Positions 1-10,965 of a DNA stretch of 64,000 nucleotides are shown here, piece after piece; the stretch's first letter is position 1; each line of letters starts with the position of its first letter. The stretch covers positions 39,140,694 through 39,204,693 of the forward strand of contig NC_068991.1 in NCBI RefSeq assembly GCF_001194135.2, written 5' to 3'. A program made the position numbers and the translations under genes. The stretch is from Octopus bimaculoides. Lineage: Eukaryota. The notes below the pieces were generated by a model. The model did no database searches. It saw only the letters and a program-made list of their open reading frames with translations, and was not told the origin of the DNA.

Positions 1-365
1 AAATAACCCTGCTAGGAACAACCTACATCCTATGCAAGACACCATCAATTTAATAATACAACCCAAACAGAACAATCCTCAAACACAAGGCACAGTAAAT
101 ATCTAATAAAATAAACAACCAACATAACAGATACTCTACAGGCTGGATACCCAACAGAAGAACACAGCTTGCACTATACACACAATGCAAACGCTTATAT
201 AGCAAAAGACTGCAACCAGACCTCATAACAAAACAAAATGAAGCAATACAATACAGGGAAGAGTTTGCACTCCCCAACAACGAAAAGAACACACAATGCT
301 GCAAACACCCCAGCAATAAGGAGGTGTAACAGGTGATGCAGTAGAAATGCACAACACACACCACT
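1..365 (+). mobile_element. R4/Dong-like non-LTR retrotransposon 3' end and 3' UTR
   Basis: 1-54 reads KITLLGTTYILCKTPSI* (REL-domain C-terminus); 281-360 is the reverse complement homologue of 9071-9150. Confidence 0.75.
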
Positions 366-439
366 TTAAGAGTAGGAAAGACACCATTAGTACTGTGATA
401 TTGGATTTTTATATTCTATGTAGGGAAGAAAGAATTCTA

Positions 440-780
440 TTGGCAGCAAGAAATATCCAAAAAGTCACTTAAACAGTAAGAGAATTCAAGAACAGAAGGA
501 AGAACAAGATAAATAACTGAAAGACAAGGAATTATATGGCCACTTCATGCAACAAACTGAGGATGTTGGAAGTAAAGAATACTGAATCTAAATCACTAAT
601 TATTGCTGCTCAATGACAACCAGCAGAATAAATTTGATTATGGCAATGATTGATAAAACTCAGTCAGATATTAAATACAGAATCTGTAGGAAAGGAGACA
701 GAAATATTAATCCTTTCTTAAGTGAATGCTATAAGATTGCACAAAAAAGTGTACAAGCTCACTGAAGAGGTAAAATCACA
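440..780 (+). mobile_element. Decayed R4/Dong-like fragment (post-RT region to zinc knuckle)
   Basis: Remnant translations KELYGHFMQQT, SLIIAAQ, KYRICRKG, SECYKIAQK with stops and frameshifts. Confidence 0.7.
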
Positions 781-1584
781 TTGAAACACTGTTTCAGCTG
801 GAGCTTGGCTTAATTTATTTTTACACACAAAATTTATCAAGAGAAATTTTTCTCTGAGAGAAAATCCCACAGATGTTGCCTTTTACATTCTTGTGTCCAA
901 AGTGTTAAAAATAAATGTATGCTTCCTTTTTTTGATCTTCACTATTTTATGTACTTATACTAAATGAAGGCAGCATTTAAATATAATATTATATTTGAAA
1001 CACTGATATTCTTATATTGTGGATTTATGATAACTATCTCTTATGGCATGTCAGACATAAAAAATATATGCTGTAAGACAATAGAAACTGATATCTTAAA
1101 TGTAAAAATGACAGCCCATTGGTTGCTGTTAGGTCACAGTGATTACTATCAATCTAATAGGTTGTGTATTCAATTAGCAGATGTGCCCCACTAACACAGC
1201 GATACATAGTCTGTGCTAAGCAGTAAGATATTTCCATGATAAAATGACAAATGTATATAGGAAAACATTAAAAAAAAGAAAAGATAAAGAAATGTAATAT
1301 GGTAACATAATCAATCTGATTTCAATCTGTTTCCAGAAAAGTTGCCTGATAGAGTTTGTTAATATTGTAAAATCTGGGAATTGTGAAACAAACTTTTGTA
1401 GTTTAGGTACCAGCTGTTTAAATACTGCAAAAAAAGAATATTTCTTTTGAAGTATTCTGCAAAATAAATACCAGCTATATACTGGGACTAATTCAACTGA
1501 CTTGATTCATTGTTGGTAAATATTGTTTCTGTACTTATGTGAGAATTCATTGTTGTCACTATTATTCATGGTAGTTAAGGCAAC

Positions 1585-2370
1585 AATCTGGCAGAATTGT
1601 TAGCATGCTGGATAAAATGCTTAGTAGCATTTCTTTTGGGTTTTATGCTCTCGAGTTCAAATACTGCTGAAGTCAACTTCATCTGTCATCATTTTGGGAG
1701 TGATAAAATAAGTATCAGCCAAGTACGGGCATTGATAATCCACTAATCCACTAATCCACTTTCCCCAAAATTTCAGTCTTTGTACTCATAATAGAAAGAA
1801 TTATTCAAGAAGTTGGATTGACAGAATTGTTATGGACAAAACGTCCAACAGCATTTGTTCTGGTTCTTTACATTCTGAGTTCAAATCTTGCTATGGTCAC
1901 TTTGGTTTTCATCTTTTGGTATCAATAAAATAAAGTACCTGATAAGTACTATGGGCAATGTAACTGACTCATTTCCCCCAACAAATTTCTAACCTTGTGC
2001 CGTAAATAATAATTCTTAGAAAAGATTATGCATGGCAATGAATCTGTAGAATCTTTAGAATGTTAGACAAAATACCTTTTGGTACTTGTTCCAGCTCTTT
2101 ACATATTGTGTTCAAATCCTGCCAGGGTCAACTTTGCCTTTCATCCTTCTGAAGCCAATAAGATAAAGTACCAGTCAAATACTGATATCGATGGTACAGA
2201 CTAATCCCCACCCTACTCAAAGTTACTAGCTTTGTGCTTATGTTAGAAACGGTTATTATTCAGAATGATAGATGTCAGAATCTGTAGAGCTTTGAATAAA
2301 ATGCCTTATGGTATTTAGTTATATCTCATTACATTCTGGGTTCAAATCCTGCCAGTAAACAACTTTTCTT
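1585..2370 (+). repeat. Tandem array of four tRNA-derived SINE copies (family A: ggcagaattgttagc...gagttcaaat...aaataagtacc)
   Basis: Repeated head, B-box-like GTTCAAAT and common tail at roughly 210-230 bp spacing; homologous to 5640-5830, 11085-11300 and 21155-21360. Confidence 0.8.
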
Positions 2371-2394
2371 CCCAGGGTCTGATGAATCAAAGTA

Positions 2395-3341
2395 AAGGGT
2401 CAGCTGGAAAGTTCATAGTTTGACTATGAAGGAGTGATGCTAGAGCTGTGAAATTTTGTATGCATAAATTTTAACACTTCTTATTGATAACTGCATTGTT
2501 TCTTTCCAAGTAAACTGACATGTGACTGTTCAAAGAAGACTTCAAAAGTAACTAGTAGCAACTTCTCTTGAAAATGCATCAAAATTTGGCATTGTGGTGT
2601 TATCAAGTATCTGCAGAAAAAAAAGGGTTTAGCCTCCGGGGACATTCATTGCTACATTAGAGAATGATGCTCCAGCAAAAGTGGGCAGCTGAATTTAGGA
2701 GGAGGAAGAGAGAGTCTGGCAGATAACCCAAGGTTTGGACATCCAGCAACTGCCAACACTGAGGAAAACATCCCTCCTCACTTACTCCAAAGAAGGTCAA
2801 GGTCATTTCATCTGCAGAGAAGGTGAAGGCCTGAGTTTTTTGGAATGCAAAAGGCATTGTATTTATTGACTATCTTCAAAAGGGCCACATCAACAATGGA
2901 GAGTACTTTACCTATTTGCTGAGGCAGTTATGAAAGGCTACCAAGACCAAATGCCCAGGAAATCTGACAAGAGGGGTTTTGTTTCATCAGGACAATGCTC
3001 CAGCACACACATCCTTGGCTTCAATGGTTGCTGTGTGTGATTGTCACTTTAAACTGGTTATTAACGCTTTCTATTCTCCTAATTTGGCCCCATCTGATTA
3101 TCATCTGTTCCCCAACATAAAGAAAGATTTGGCTACGAACCAGTGATATCATATCTGCAGTTGATGACTTTTTTGATCAACTGGATGAAAGTTTCTTCTT
3201 CAGTGGGTTCCAAGCACTGCAACACTGATGGAAGAAGTGTGTGGACTGAAAGGGGGACTATGTTGAAAAATAAACCTCATTTGGTCACGTTCCTCCATGA
3301 GAATATCTTGCTCAGCCTATGAACTTTTCAGCTAACTTTTG
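2395..3341 (+). mobile_element. Internally deleted mariner transposon remnant
   Basis: About 30-bp imperfect TIRs (gctg(g/a)aaagttcatag) flanked by TA; remnants VFWNAKGIVFIDYLQKG, HQDNAPAH, YSPNLAPSDYHLFP, WKKCVD.KGDYVEK. Confidence 0.9.
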
Positions 3342-3786
3342 TAATAGCTGACTTCTTTTAAGATGACAGGGTGTGATTTGAGGAAGATTTGGTTTTTATT
3401 TCTAGCAAGCCATATGACCACAAAAAAGCCTTCTCATTGGCTTAAATATGAAATAGATGTTACTATCTTTGTTGCTCTTTTTAGCTCCAGGCCAGCACTA
3501 ACTAAACAGAACTGTGATTGTAGGTTTTCCAGCTGCGATTATTCTGTCTTACTTTCAAGAACTCCAATATATGCCCTTGTATTTCAAAGAAAAATAATGG
3601 TAAGGTGTGCTTTGTGGGAGAATAGGTTGCTCTGTCTCACAAGACTAAAACCACATGCAGGCTCTTTCATTTGCTTCAATACTATTGTTCAAATCCTGCT
3701 GAGGTTGACTTTGGCTTTCATCCTTCTGGAGCCAATGAAATAAGTTAAGCACTGCGGTTGATTTAATTAACTAGCACCTTCCTCCA

Positions 3787-3861
<75 letters not shown>

Positions 3862-3862
<1 letters not shown>

Positions 3863-4413
3863 TTGAGTGAGAGAGCAGTGCATGCCATCAAAATATACGA
3901 AGCCTATTATACCCATCATGACTACCCGTCTAATAAGGGTACACCAGGCACATGCATCACAACCATATGTACGCGACATGGTGATCTCATATCAAGATAA
4001 ACAATGCATGACCTCGCAGGTGGGGCCCAATTAGAATTTTCTTCAGGTCGAGTAGCCCATCCCGTTCAAAAGGTCCATGAATAAGATTTGTTTAAGGATG
4101 TTGAGCAAAACACCCATGTTTCCAAAGGTGAATTATTCAAACCCCAAAGAATTCCTCTCAACACATGACTATGATCCCCCCCCCCGCTACCCCGCTACTT
4201 CTGCTCATGATCAGAGATGCACATATTGTCAGCCACCAAGGGACATGCTCAACTGGTTAAGGTCAAACAACTGACAAGCAAATCTGTGGTATAAAGCAGA
4301 ATATTTGCTGTAGCCCATCTTTTATGCCAAGACAAAACAATGTACATGATAACACTTCCAATCAATTGAGATCAGAAGTCATGAGAGTCACTGCCTGGTA
4401 CTGCATCAGGGCA
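3862..4413. mobile_element. About 550-bp non-coding interspersed element flanked by (TTA/TAG)n
   Basis: Homologous segments at 4600-4860 (same strand), 10974-11038 (same strand) and 40020-40432 (opposite strand); no TIR and no credible ORF. Confidence 0.8.
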
Positions 4414-4484
<71 letters not shown>

Positions 4485-4929
4485 AAGCTGTCAAAAGCTG
4501 CAGCCCCATCTCAACACTCTCCCTAGATATATACTACAACCATATCAAATTAATAAACACACACTTCTATATATTATTATTATTACTATTATTATTATTA
4601 TTGAGAGAGAGACAAGTGCATGCTATCAAAGTGATACTGGGATACAAATATACGAAGCTCAATATATCCATCATGACTACTTGTCTGATAAGGGTACACC
4701 AGGAACATGTATCCCAACCATATGTGCGTGACATGGTGATCTTATATCAAGATAAACAGCATATGACCTTGCAGGTGGAGGCTCAGTTAGAATTTTTTGC
4801 AGGTCGAGTAGCCCATCCTAATCAAAAGGTCCCTGAATAAGGTTTGTTTAAGGATGATGAATGAAACACCCTATTATCATTATTACAGCAGTGCTACTGG
4901 GTTGGGGTGGGGAGATTACTGGTTCAAGG

Positions 4930-5590
4930 TAACCTCTACTGGCATGGAAGTGCCATCAGTCAGGCTTGCCCGAGATGCATGCAGAGTGAGAAAACTGTTC
5001 TGCATGCTCTCATCTAGTGTCCAAGCATTGCTGATTTGTGGGTTTATGTCAAACACTTGCTGTTACATGTAGGATGGATCTAGCTATTGACTGAGTCCAT
5101 TGTAAAGATGGTCCTGCTGCCTTCCTTTGGCCAGGAAGGGCATACAGTGTTTCTTTGCTTGGTAGCCTTAGTGAAAGAAACTGTGTGGTGGACCAGATTG
5201 AAAGGGCTGAAGATAGATACTTTCCTCATTGGCCAAGCCCTCGGCAAGTTCTTCAAGGTTTACTTGAAAAGAAAAGTGAGGGTAGAAAGGGAAGTGCTGC
5301 CTCCCAGTAATTTTGTTAAAAGGTGGGTGAATGTTGAAAGAATAGTCTGAGTGAATGCAACTACTCTAATTATGCACCTGTAGGTTGAAGGATGATGATG
5401 TGGAGAGAGTACTTGCCTTAGCAGTCAGGATGACTGTGGTTTTGTGGTGTCTCCATGAGCAGCCATAAGAATTCTCGCTCTTTGGGGGAATTATTCATTG
5501 TTATAATTTTATATTGTTAATGTTTTTTTTTTGTTTTTTTACACACCTTCTATGTAACCCCACATTGTACTGTCCTGTACCATTTGTTGC
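4930..5590 (+). mobile_element. L1/Tx1-type LINE ORF2 C-terminal fragment and 3' UTR
   Basis: One frame reads CPRCMQSEKTVLHALI*CPSIADLW (CX2CX8HX4C knuckle) and continues into ORF 5087-5350 (VKETVWWTRLKG...FVKRW), with two in-frame stops. Confidence 0.7.
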
Positions 5591-5816
5591 TGATGTTGTT
5601 GTTGTTGTTATTGTTGTTGTTGTTGTTGTTGTTGTTATAAGGTGGTGAGCTGGCAGAATTGTTAGCACGCTGGATGAAATGCTTAGTGGTATTTCGCCTG
5701 TTGCTACATTCTGAGTTCAAATTCCGCTGAGGTCAACTTTACCTTTCATCCTTTTGGGGGTCAATAAAATAAGTACCAGTTGAACACTGGGGTCGATGTA
5801 ATCAACTCATCCCCTC

Positions 5817-6240
5817 CCACCAAAATTGCTGTCAAGTGAATTCCATCAGGAATCATAACAGAAATGTTATGATTTATACAGAAGGTGGGACATGTATAGA
5901 TTCCCATTTGGTGTACGTGGCAGAATGCACGAAACACAACTTGATTTATGCTGGTTGTACAACAGAACAATTAAACAAAAGATTTAATGGGGACAGATAT
6001 CATGTCAGGCAGAGTAACAGCAGTTCAACAGAACTTCCCAAACATTTTGCTTCAAATGGCTGCAATTTTGAAAAAGACTTGAAAATGCATATTTTCAGAA
6101 AATATTCTGAATCTGCTTCACTTTCAATACTCAAAATGCATGAAGAGAAATAATTTTGTGGATTATTAACATCATGCCCTGGAGGAATGAATAAAATGAC
6201 AGGAGAATATCATCAAATTTATACAAAATTGTTTAATTAA
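5817..6240 (+). mobile_element. Penelope-like element GIY-YIG endonuclease fragment
   Basis: TCIDSHLVYVAEC...IYAGCT...LNKRF...ELPKHF...LKMHIF...LKMHEEK*FCGLLTSCPGGMN matches the PLE GIY-YIG pattern; one internal stop. Confidence 0.8.
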
Positions 6241-6309
6241 ATATTCTTTTCTTTTTCTTTTTTCTTCCCTTTTTTTTCTCCCTTTTTTTCCCGTCTTTTT
6301 CTTTTGCCA

Positions 6310-6486
6310 NNNNNNNNNNNNNNNNNNNNNNNNNNNNNNNNNNNNNNNNNNNNNNNNNNNNNNNNNNNNNNNNNNNNNNNNNNNNNNNNNNNNNNNNNNN
6401 NNNNNNNNNNNNNNNNNNNNNNNNNNNNNNNNNNNNNNNNNNNNNNNNNNNNNNNNNNNNNNNNNNNNNNNNNNNNNNNNNNNNNN
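6310..6486. other. Assembly gap (N run)
   Basis: Direct reading. Confidence 1.
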
Positions 6487-6552
6487 TGCAATCACATCAC
6501 ACTCTTCGTCTTGTCTGTTTACCTTTGTGAAGAGTTACATCAATCCTTTTAA

Positions 6553-6636
<84 letters not shown>

Positions 6637-6639
6637 TTC

Positions 6640-8257
6640 ATATACACTCAACAGATTAGTTTGTTGGATAAGAAAAAAGTCCTAACACAGGGCTACAAGT
6701 TACCTTAGATGCCAAGAACTCTCCTAAGTATCTTAGCTGTCCCTAATAACACTGTTTTCTGGAGCTGTACTACACCAGGTTTTATACCTATTTCCCTATC
6801 CATCTGTTCAGATTTTTAGGGATAGTTCCTAGTGCAACTATAACTACTGGGATATATTTTACCAGCACTTTCCATTGTCTTTGTAATTCAATAGTGAGGT
6901 CTTGGTACTTTGCTCCTTTTTCTATACTTCTCATATTAATGTTTTCATCATTTGGGACTGTAAAATCAATTATCTGGCACTTTCTATTCTCTTTATCTAC
7001 TATTACCAAATCAGGTCATTTAGCTTCTATTACTCTGTCAATCTGAATGTTGAAGTCCCACAACATGTTATATTTCTTACTTTCTAGCACTTTATTAGGT
7101 TCATGTTCATACCCTTTACCTGTATGTTCAAATCCTAGCTTTCTACGTAGCTCCCAGTGAATTAGTCTCCTTAGATTGTCATGTCTTTTCTTGTATTTTT
7201 TCTGTGCCAGCATGCTGCTTTCACTTACTATGTGAGTAACACTTTCCTCTTTTGATTTGTATAATCTACATTGGGAATGTACTTGGTTTTTGTCTATCTT
7301 GGCTTTTATCCAATTAGTCCTTAGTGCTTGATCTTGTGCAGCTATTAACAAACTTTCTGTCTCTCTCTTCAGCTTTCCTTTCTGCAACTATAACATGTCT
7401 CACTACTACTATTTGTTGCAACTATCTTTGGGAATCTACCATGCAAAACCTTCTCCTGCAAGTCAGATAATTTCTGCTCTTTTTTCTGGTTTTTAACTTC
7501 ATTTGGGTTTCTGGTTTCCCTATGTATTGCTGTGACTCTAGCAGCTTTTAATAAACTTTCTTCACTATTACCTACATAGGAGCCTATATCTACTCTAGCT
7601 AATTCCATGTAGTCTTCTACTGATATTAACCCTCTTCCACCTTCCTTTCCAGGTAGGTATTATCTTGCTACTTCTGCCCTTGGGTGGAGTCCTGCATTCA
7701 TATTGAATTCCTTCTGCCTCGCTTTGCTAATTCAGTTTTTGTCCAATCTATAAAAGCTGCTGAGTATCTAAGTAATGATACTGCCCAACTATTTACAGCC
7801 TTCATTAGATTCAGACCATTTAGCCTTGACTTCATTAGCTTCTTCACCCTTCTGATGTACTCCTTCTCAATTTTCGTCTTCATTTCTGTAGTTAGTACCC
7901 AGTCAGATTCTAATACTCCTAGATACTTACAATTCTCTCCTCCTTTCAATGATTTTAATGTCTGGCCATCTGGTAATTGGATGCCTTTTCTGTTGACTAC
8001 CTGTCCCCTTCTCATGACTAATATTGCACACTTATTTATGCCAAATTCTTTGCCTGTATCTTTGCTGAAGAGTCTTACAGTCTGTATTAAGGAATCTATC
8101 TCTTTCATTCTTACAGTCCATGTAGAGCAAATGATTAATTTTTCCATTACTATTTCTGAACTGATACCCTGCCTTTGCCTTCCTTAATACTAAACTGAGG
8201 GGGATCAAACATAAGACAAATATTGAAGGGGACAACGAATTCCCCTAGAAAATTCCT
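6640..8257 (-). mobile_element. R4/Dong-like retrotransposon copy A (RT C-half, zinc knuckle, REL endonuclease), frameshifted
   Basis: GIF*GNSLSP, HLLYMD, KYLGV, ETESLLIAAQDQALRTN, RHDN...IHW, LWDFNIQ, IIDFTVP, KYQDL, VPVVIVALG; (TAA)n tail at 6553-6637. Confidence 0.9.
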
Positions 8258-8289
8258 TATTATTATTATTATTATCATTATTCATTACT

Positions 8290-8949
8290 ATTGCCTTTGC
8301 ACAGCTTCTAACGCTGGAGATGTACTACAGTGTCAGCTGTTCACTACCAGTGAAGTAACGTAACACCTTTTATTTTTCAAGCACCTTCCGGAGTATTCGT
8401 GCGGTTCCAAGCAGTGCTGTTTTCTGCAAGTGCTCCGCCTTAGTGCAACCTCTATTTGTTCCACATGCTTCTTGAGATTTTTGCTCACTGTTCCCAGGGC
8501 TCCGATAATTATCGGTACTACTGCTACCTTTTTCATCGACCACAACTGCCCAACTTCCCAAGCTAACCTGTCAAATCGCTTGACTTTTCTTTCTTCATTA
8601 TCACATACCTTGTTGTCAGCTGGGCATGCTATATGTATGATCCAGCATAGTTTGTTTTCTTTCTCAATTAAGACTATGTCTGGTCTTCTATTCTCCATCT
8701 CATGGTTGCGCTGAATCATAAAATCCCCTTAGGATCTTTGCATTTCTATTTTTGATGATGCCTTCAGGTTTGTGGTCATACCAATTTTTTGCTCTATCAA
8801 GTCCATACTTGTTGCAAAGTATCCAATGGACAATCCTTGCTATATTGTCATAATGTCTCTTATATTCTTTCTGGGCTAGTGGTGTACATTGGTTGGTAAT
8901 ATGCCATACGGTTTCACTGTTTTGTCCACAGATTCTGCACTTATCACTT
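8290..8949 (-). mobile_element. R4/Dong-like retrotransposon copy B (zinc knuckle and REL), 5'-truncated
   Basis: CRICGQNSETVWHITNQC, RRPDIVLIEK, VVPIIIGALG, LLGTARILRKVL*; (TAA)n tail at 8258-8285. Confidence 0.9.
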
Positions 8950-9003
8950 TCTGTGGACAAAATGGTGAAACCGTATGGCATATTACCAGCCAATGTACGC
9001 CAC

Positions 9004-9005
<2 letters not shown>
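8877..9005. repeat. 56-bp inverted repeat with a 17-nt loop at the 5' junction of copy B
   Basis: Arm 8877-8932 versus the reverse complement of 8950-9005: 52/56 identical, all four differences are transitions. Confidence 0.95.
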
Positions 9006-9039
<34 letters not shown>

Positions 9040-9064
9040 CATATAATTGTTCAATATTTGGTCA

Positions 9065-9510
9065 GTTGATGCACATTTCTACTGCATCACCTGCTACACC
9101 TCCGCGTTGCTAGGGTGTGTGCAGCATTGTGTGTTCTTTTCTGCTGTTGGATGTGTGCAAACTTTTCCCAGTACTGTATTGTGTTAGTTTTTTTCTTTTG
9201 AGGTGTGATGCAGTCTTTTGTTGTGTTACTGTTTGTATTGTGTGTTGAGTGTGTAATGCATTGGTTAATTGGATTGCTGGTGGAAGTATATTTCACTGGG
9301 TAATTGCTGTATAGAGTGTGTCTTGTGTTTGTGGGTTGTTTTGTTTAGGTTGTATTATTGGATTGACAGTGTCTTGTATAGGATGTGGGCTGTTCCTAGC
9401 AGGGCTATTTTTTGAATAGTGTGTAGTGTTAAGAATCCAGGTATAGCTTTTACATTTTTGTTCATGTTTTTTTATCATGCTTAATGCTCTAATTATTATT
9501 AGTATTGTTT
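9065..9510 (-). mobile_element. R4/Dong-like copy C (REL C-terminus and long CA-rich 3' UTR)
   Basis: IIIRALSMIKK remnant; the 3' UTR matches window positions 55-365 in opposite orientation. Confidence 0.75.
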
Positions 9511-9512
9511 TT

Positions 9513-9544
<32 letters not shown>

Positions 9545-9574
9545 TATTATTATTATTATTATTATTATTTACTT

Positions 9575-10965
9575 TTAATCTGCATGTTTGTTACAATCAC
9601 TTACTGAGACACACCCAGCGTCCTAGGGTGAGTGAAGGATAAGAAATGTTACAGTATGACTGAAAGCTTGGGAGGGGAAGTGGCTGGGTTAGTAGCAAAA
9701 TATCTTCACGTAATACAACACAGACATTTAAATTGATAGGGTTTTTCTAAGGATGTAAGCAGTACTTGTCAGCACAATCTTTTGGATTTCTTTGAGACAT
9801 GGATCTTCTGGGATGCTATCTAGATGTTTCTGACATCCCTTTTTTTTTATCATACCTAAGGCACTTACAATGACAGGAACACTTCTTGCTTTCAGATACC
9901 ACATCTTTTGTATTTCCATTTCCAGGTCCTTATATTTACTATATATACTCAGCCATAAGTTGCACATTTTTTCCCTGAAATTTTCACCTAAAGTTGGGGG
10001 TGTGACTTATAAGCGCATCCTATAAAAAAAATCTTCAGATATTTTCTAGGTACAATCCATATCTGAAGTTCCAACACTTGGAATAACTGAAAAGGATAAA
10101 ATTTTACATTATAAACAACAGTTTCTAAAATGTATAGACTTAATGGTATAACAGTTGTTGTAAGTCATCTTCAGCTTACTGAAAGCTTGGTTACTGAACA
10201 ACAACTATGTTGGTGTAATTCCTAATTGAACTTTGCTCTTCAACATCAAAAAAGTCACTGCAATTTATAGTTGGGTCAATGATAAAATTCCCAATTTGAA
10301 CCTTGTAAGTCAGGGGTACATCTTATAGGTGAGGCTGTTTTATAGTCAAGTATACACGGTACTTAATTTGTCAAATTCCTTTACAGATATATTTTTTATC
10401 AGTGGGAACACTTACATCTATTAGTCTACAAATATTTTCTTCTTTGTCTTTAATAATTATGTCTGGTCAATTAGTCTGGCTCATTCTGTTAGTGTTGACC
10501 GGAAAATCCCTGAGGGTATTGACGTTTTTACCTTCAATGATTGGCTCAGGATGATGTTCATACCAGTAAGCAGGAGTGCTAATTTTATAGTGTTTACATA
10601 TTTTCCAATGTAAATATTGTCTTACTCTATCGTGGCAATCTTTGTATTCGTTTGGTGTCAGTACAGGACACCCCAAAACAAGATGGTCTATTGTTTCATC
10701 AAATGTGTTGCAGAATCTGCATTTAGGGTCAGAACCATTTTGAAGAATGTTAGCCTGGTAGTTTCTGGTAAGCAAGCTTTGAAACCTGCAGTCTCTGCTT
10801 TCAGTCCTGAACTTTTCAACCACTGTGGGGTTGTTGCTTGGTCTACATCAGCATTTTGACTTTGAAGTATATATTGTTTATGCAGAGGCTTCTGGCCCCA
10901 TTGCTCTTCAATTCATTTCTGTCCATTCTTATTTGCAGTCTGCTTGATCTGTTTCGCTTGATTGG
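9575..10965 (-). mobile_element. R4/Dong-like copy D, interrupted by a MITE
   Basis: KCRFCNTFDETIDHLVLGC, YLHWKICKHY, HHPE, then KEFDKLS|KYKDLEMEIQKMW...TAYILRKTLSI* across the insertion. Confidence 0.88.
9939..10359. mobile_element. Tc1/mariner-pogo-type MITE with TA target duplication
   Basis: Imperfect TIRs ctatatatactcagccataag and ccgtgtatacttgactataaa; TA at 9937-9938 and 10360-10361; removing it restores the host reading frame. Confidence 0.85.
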
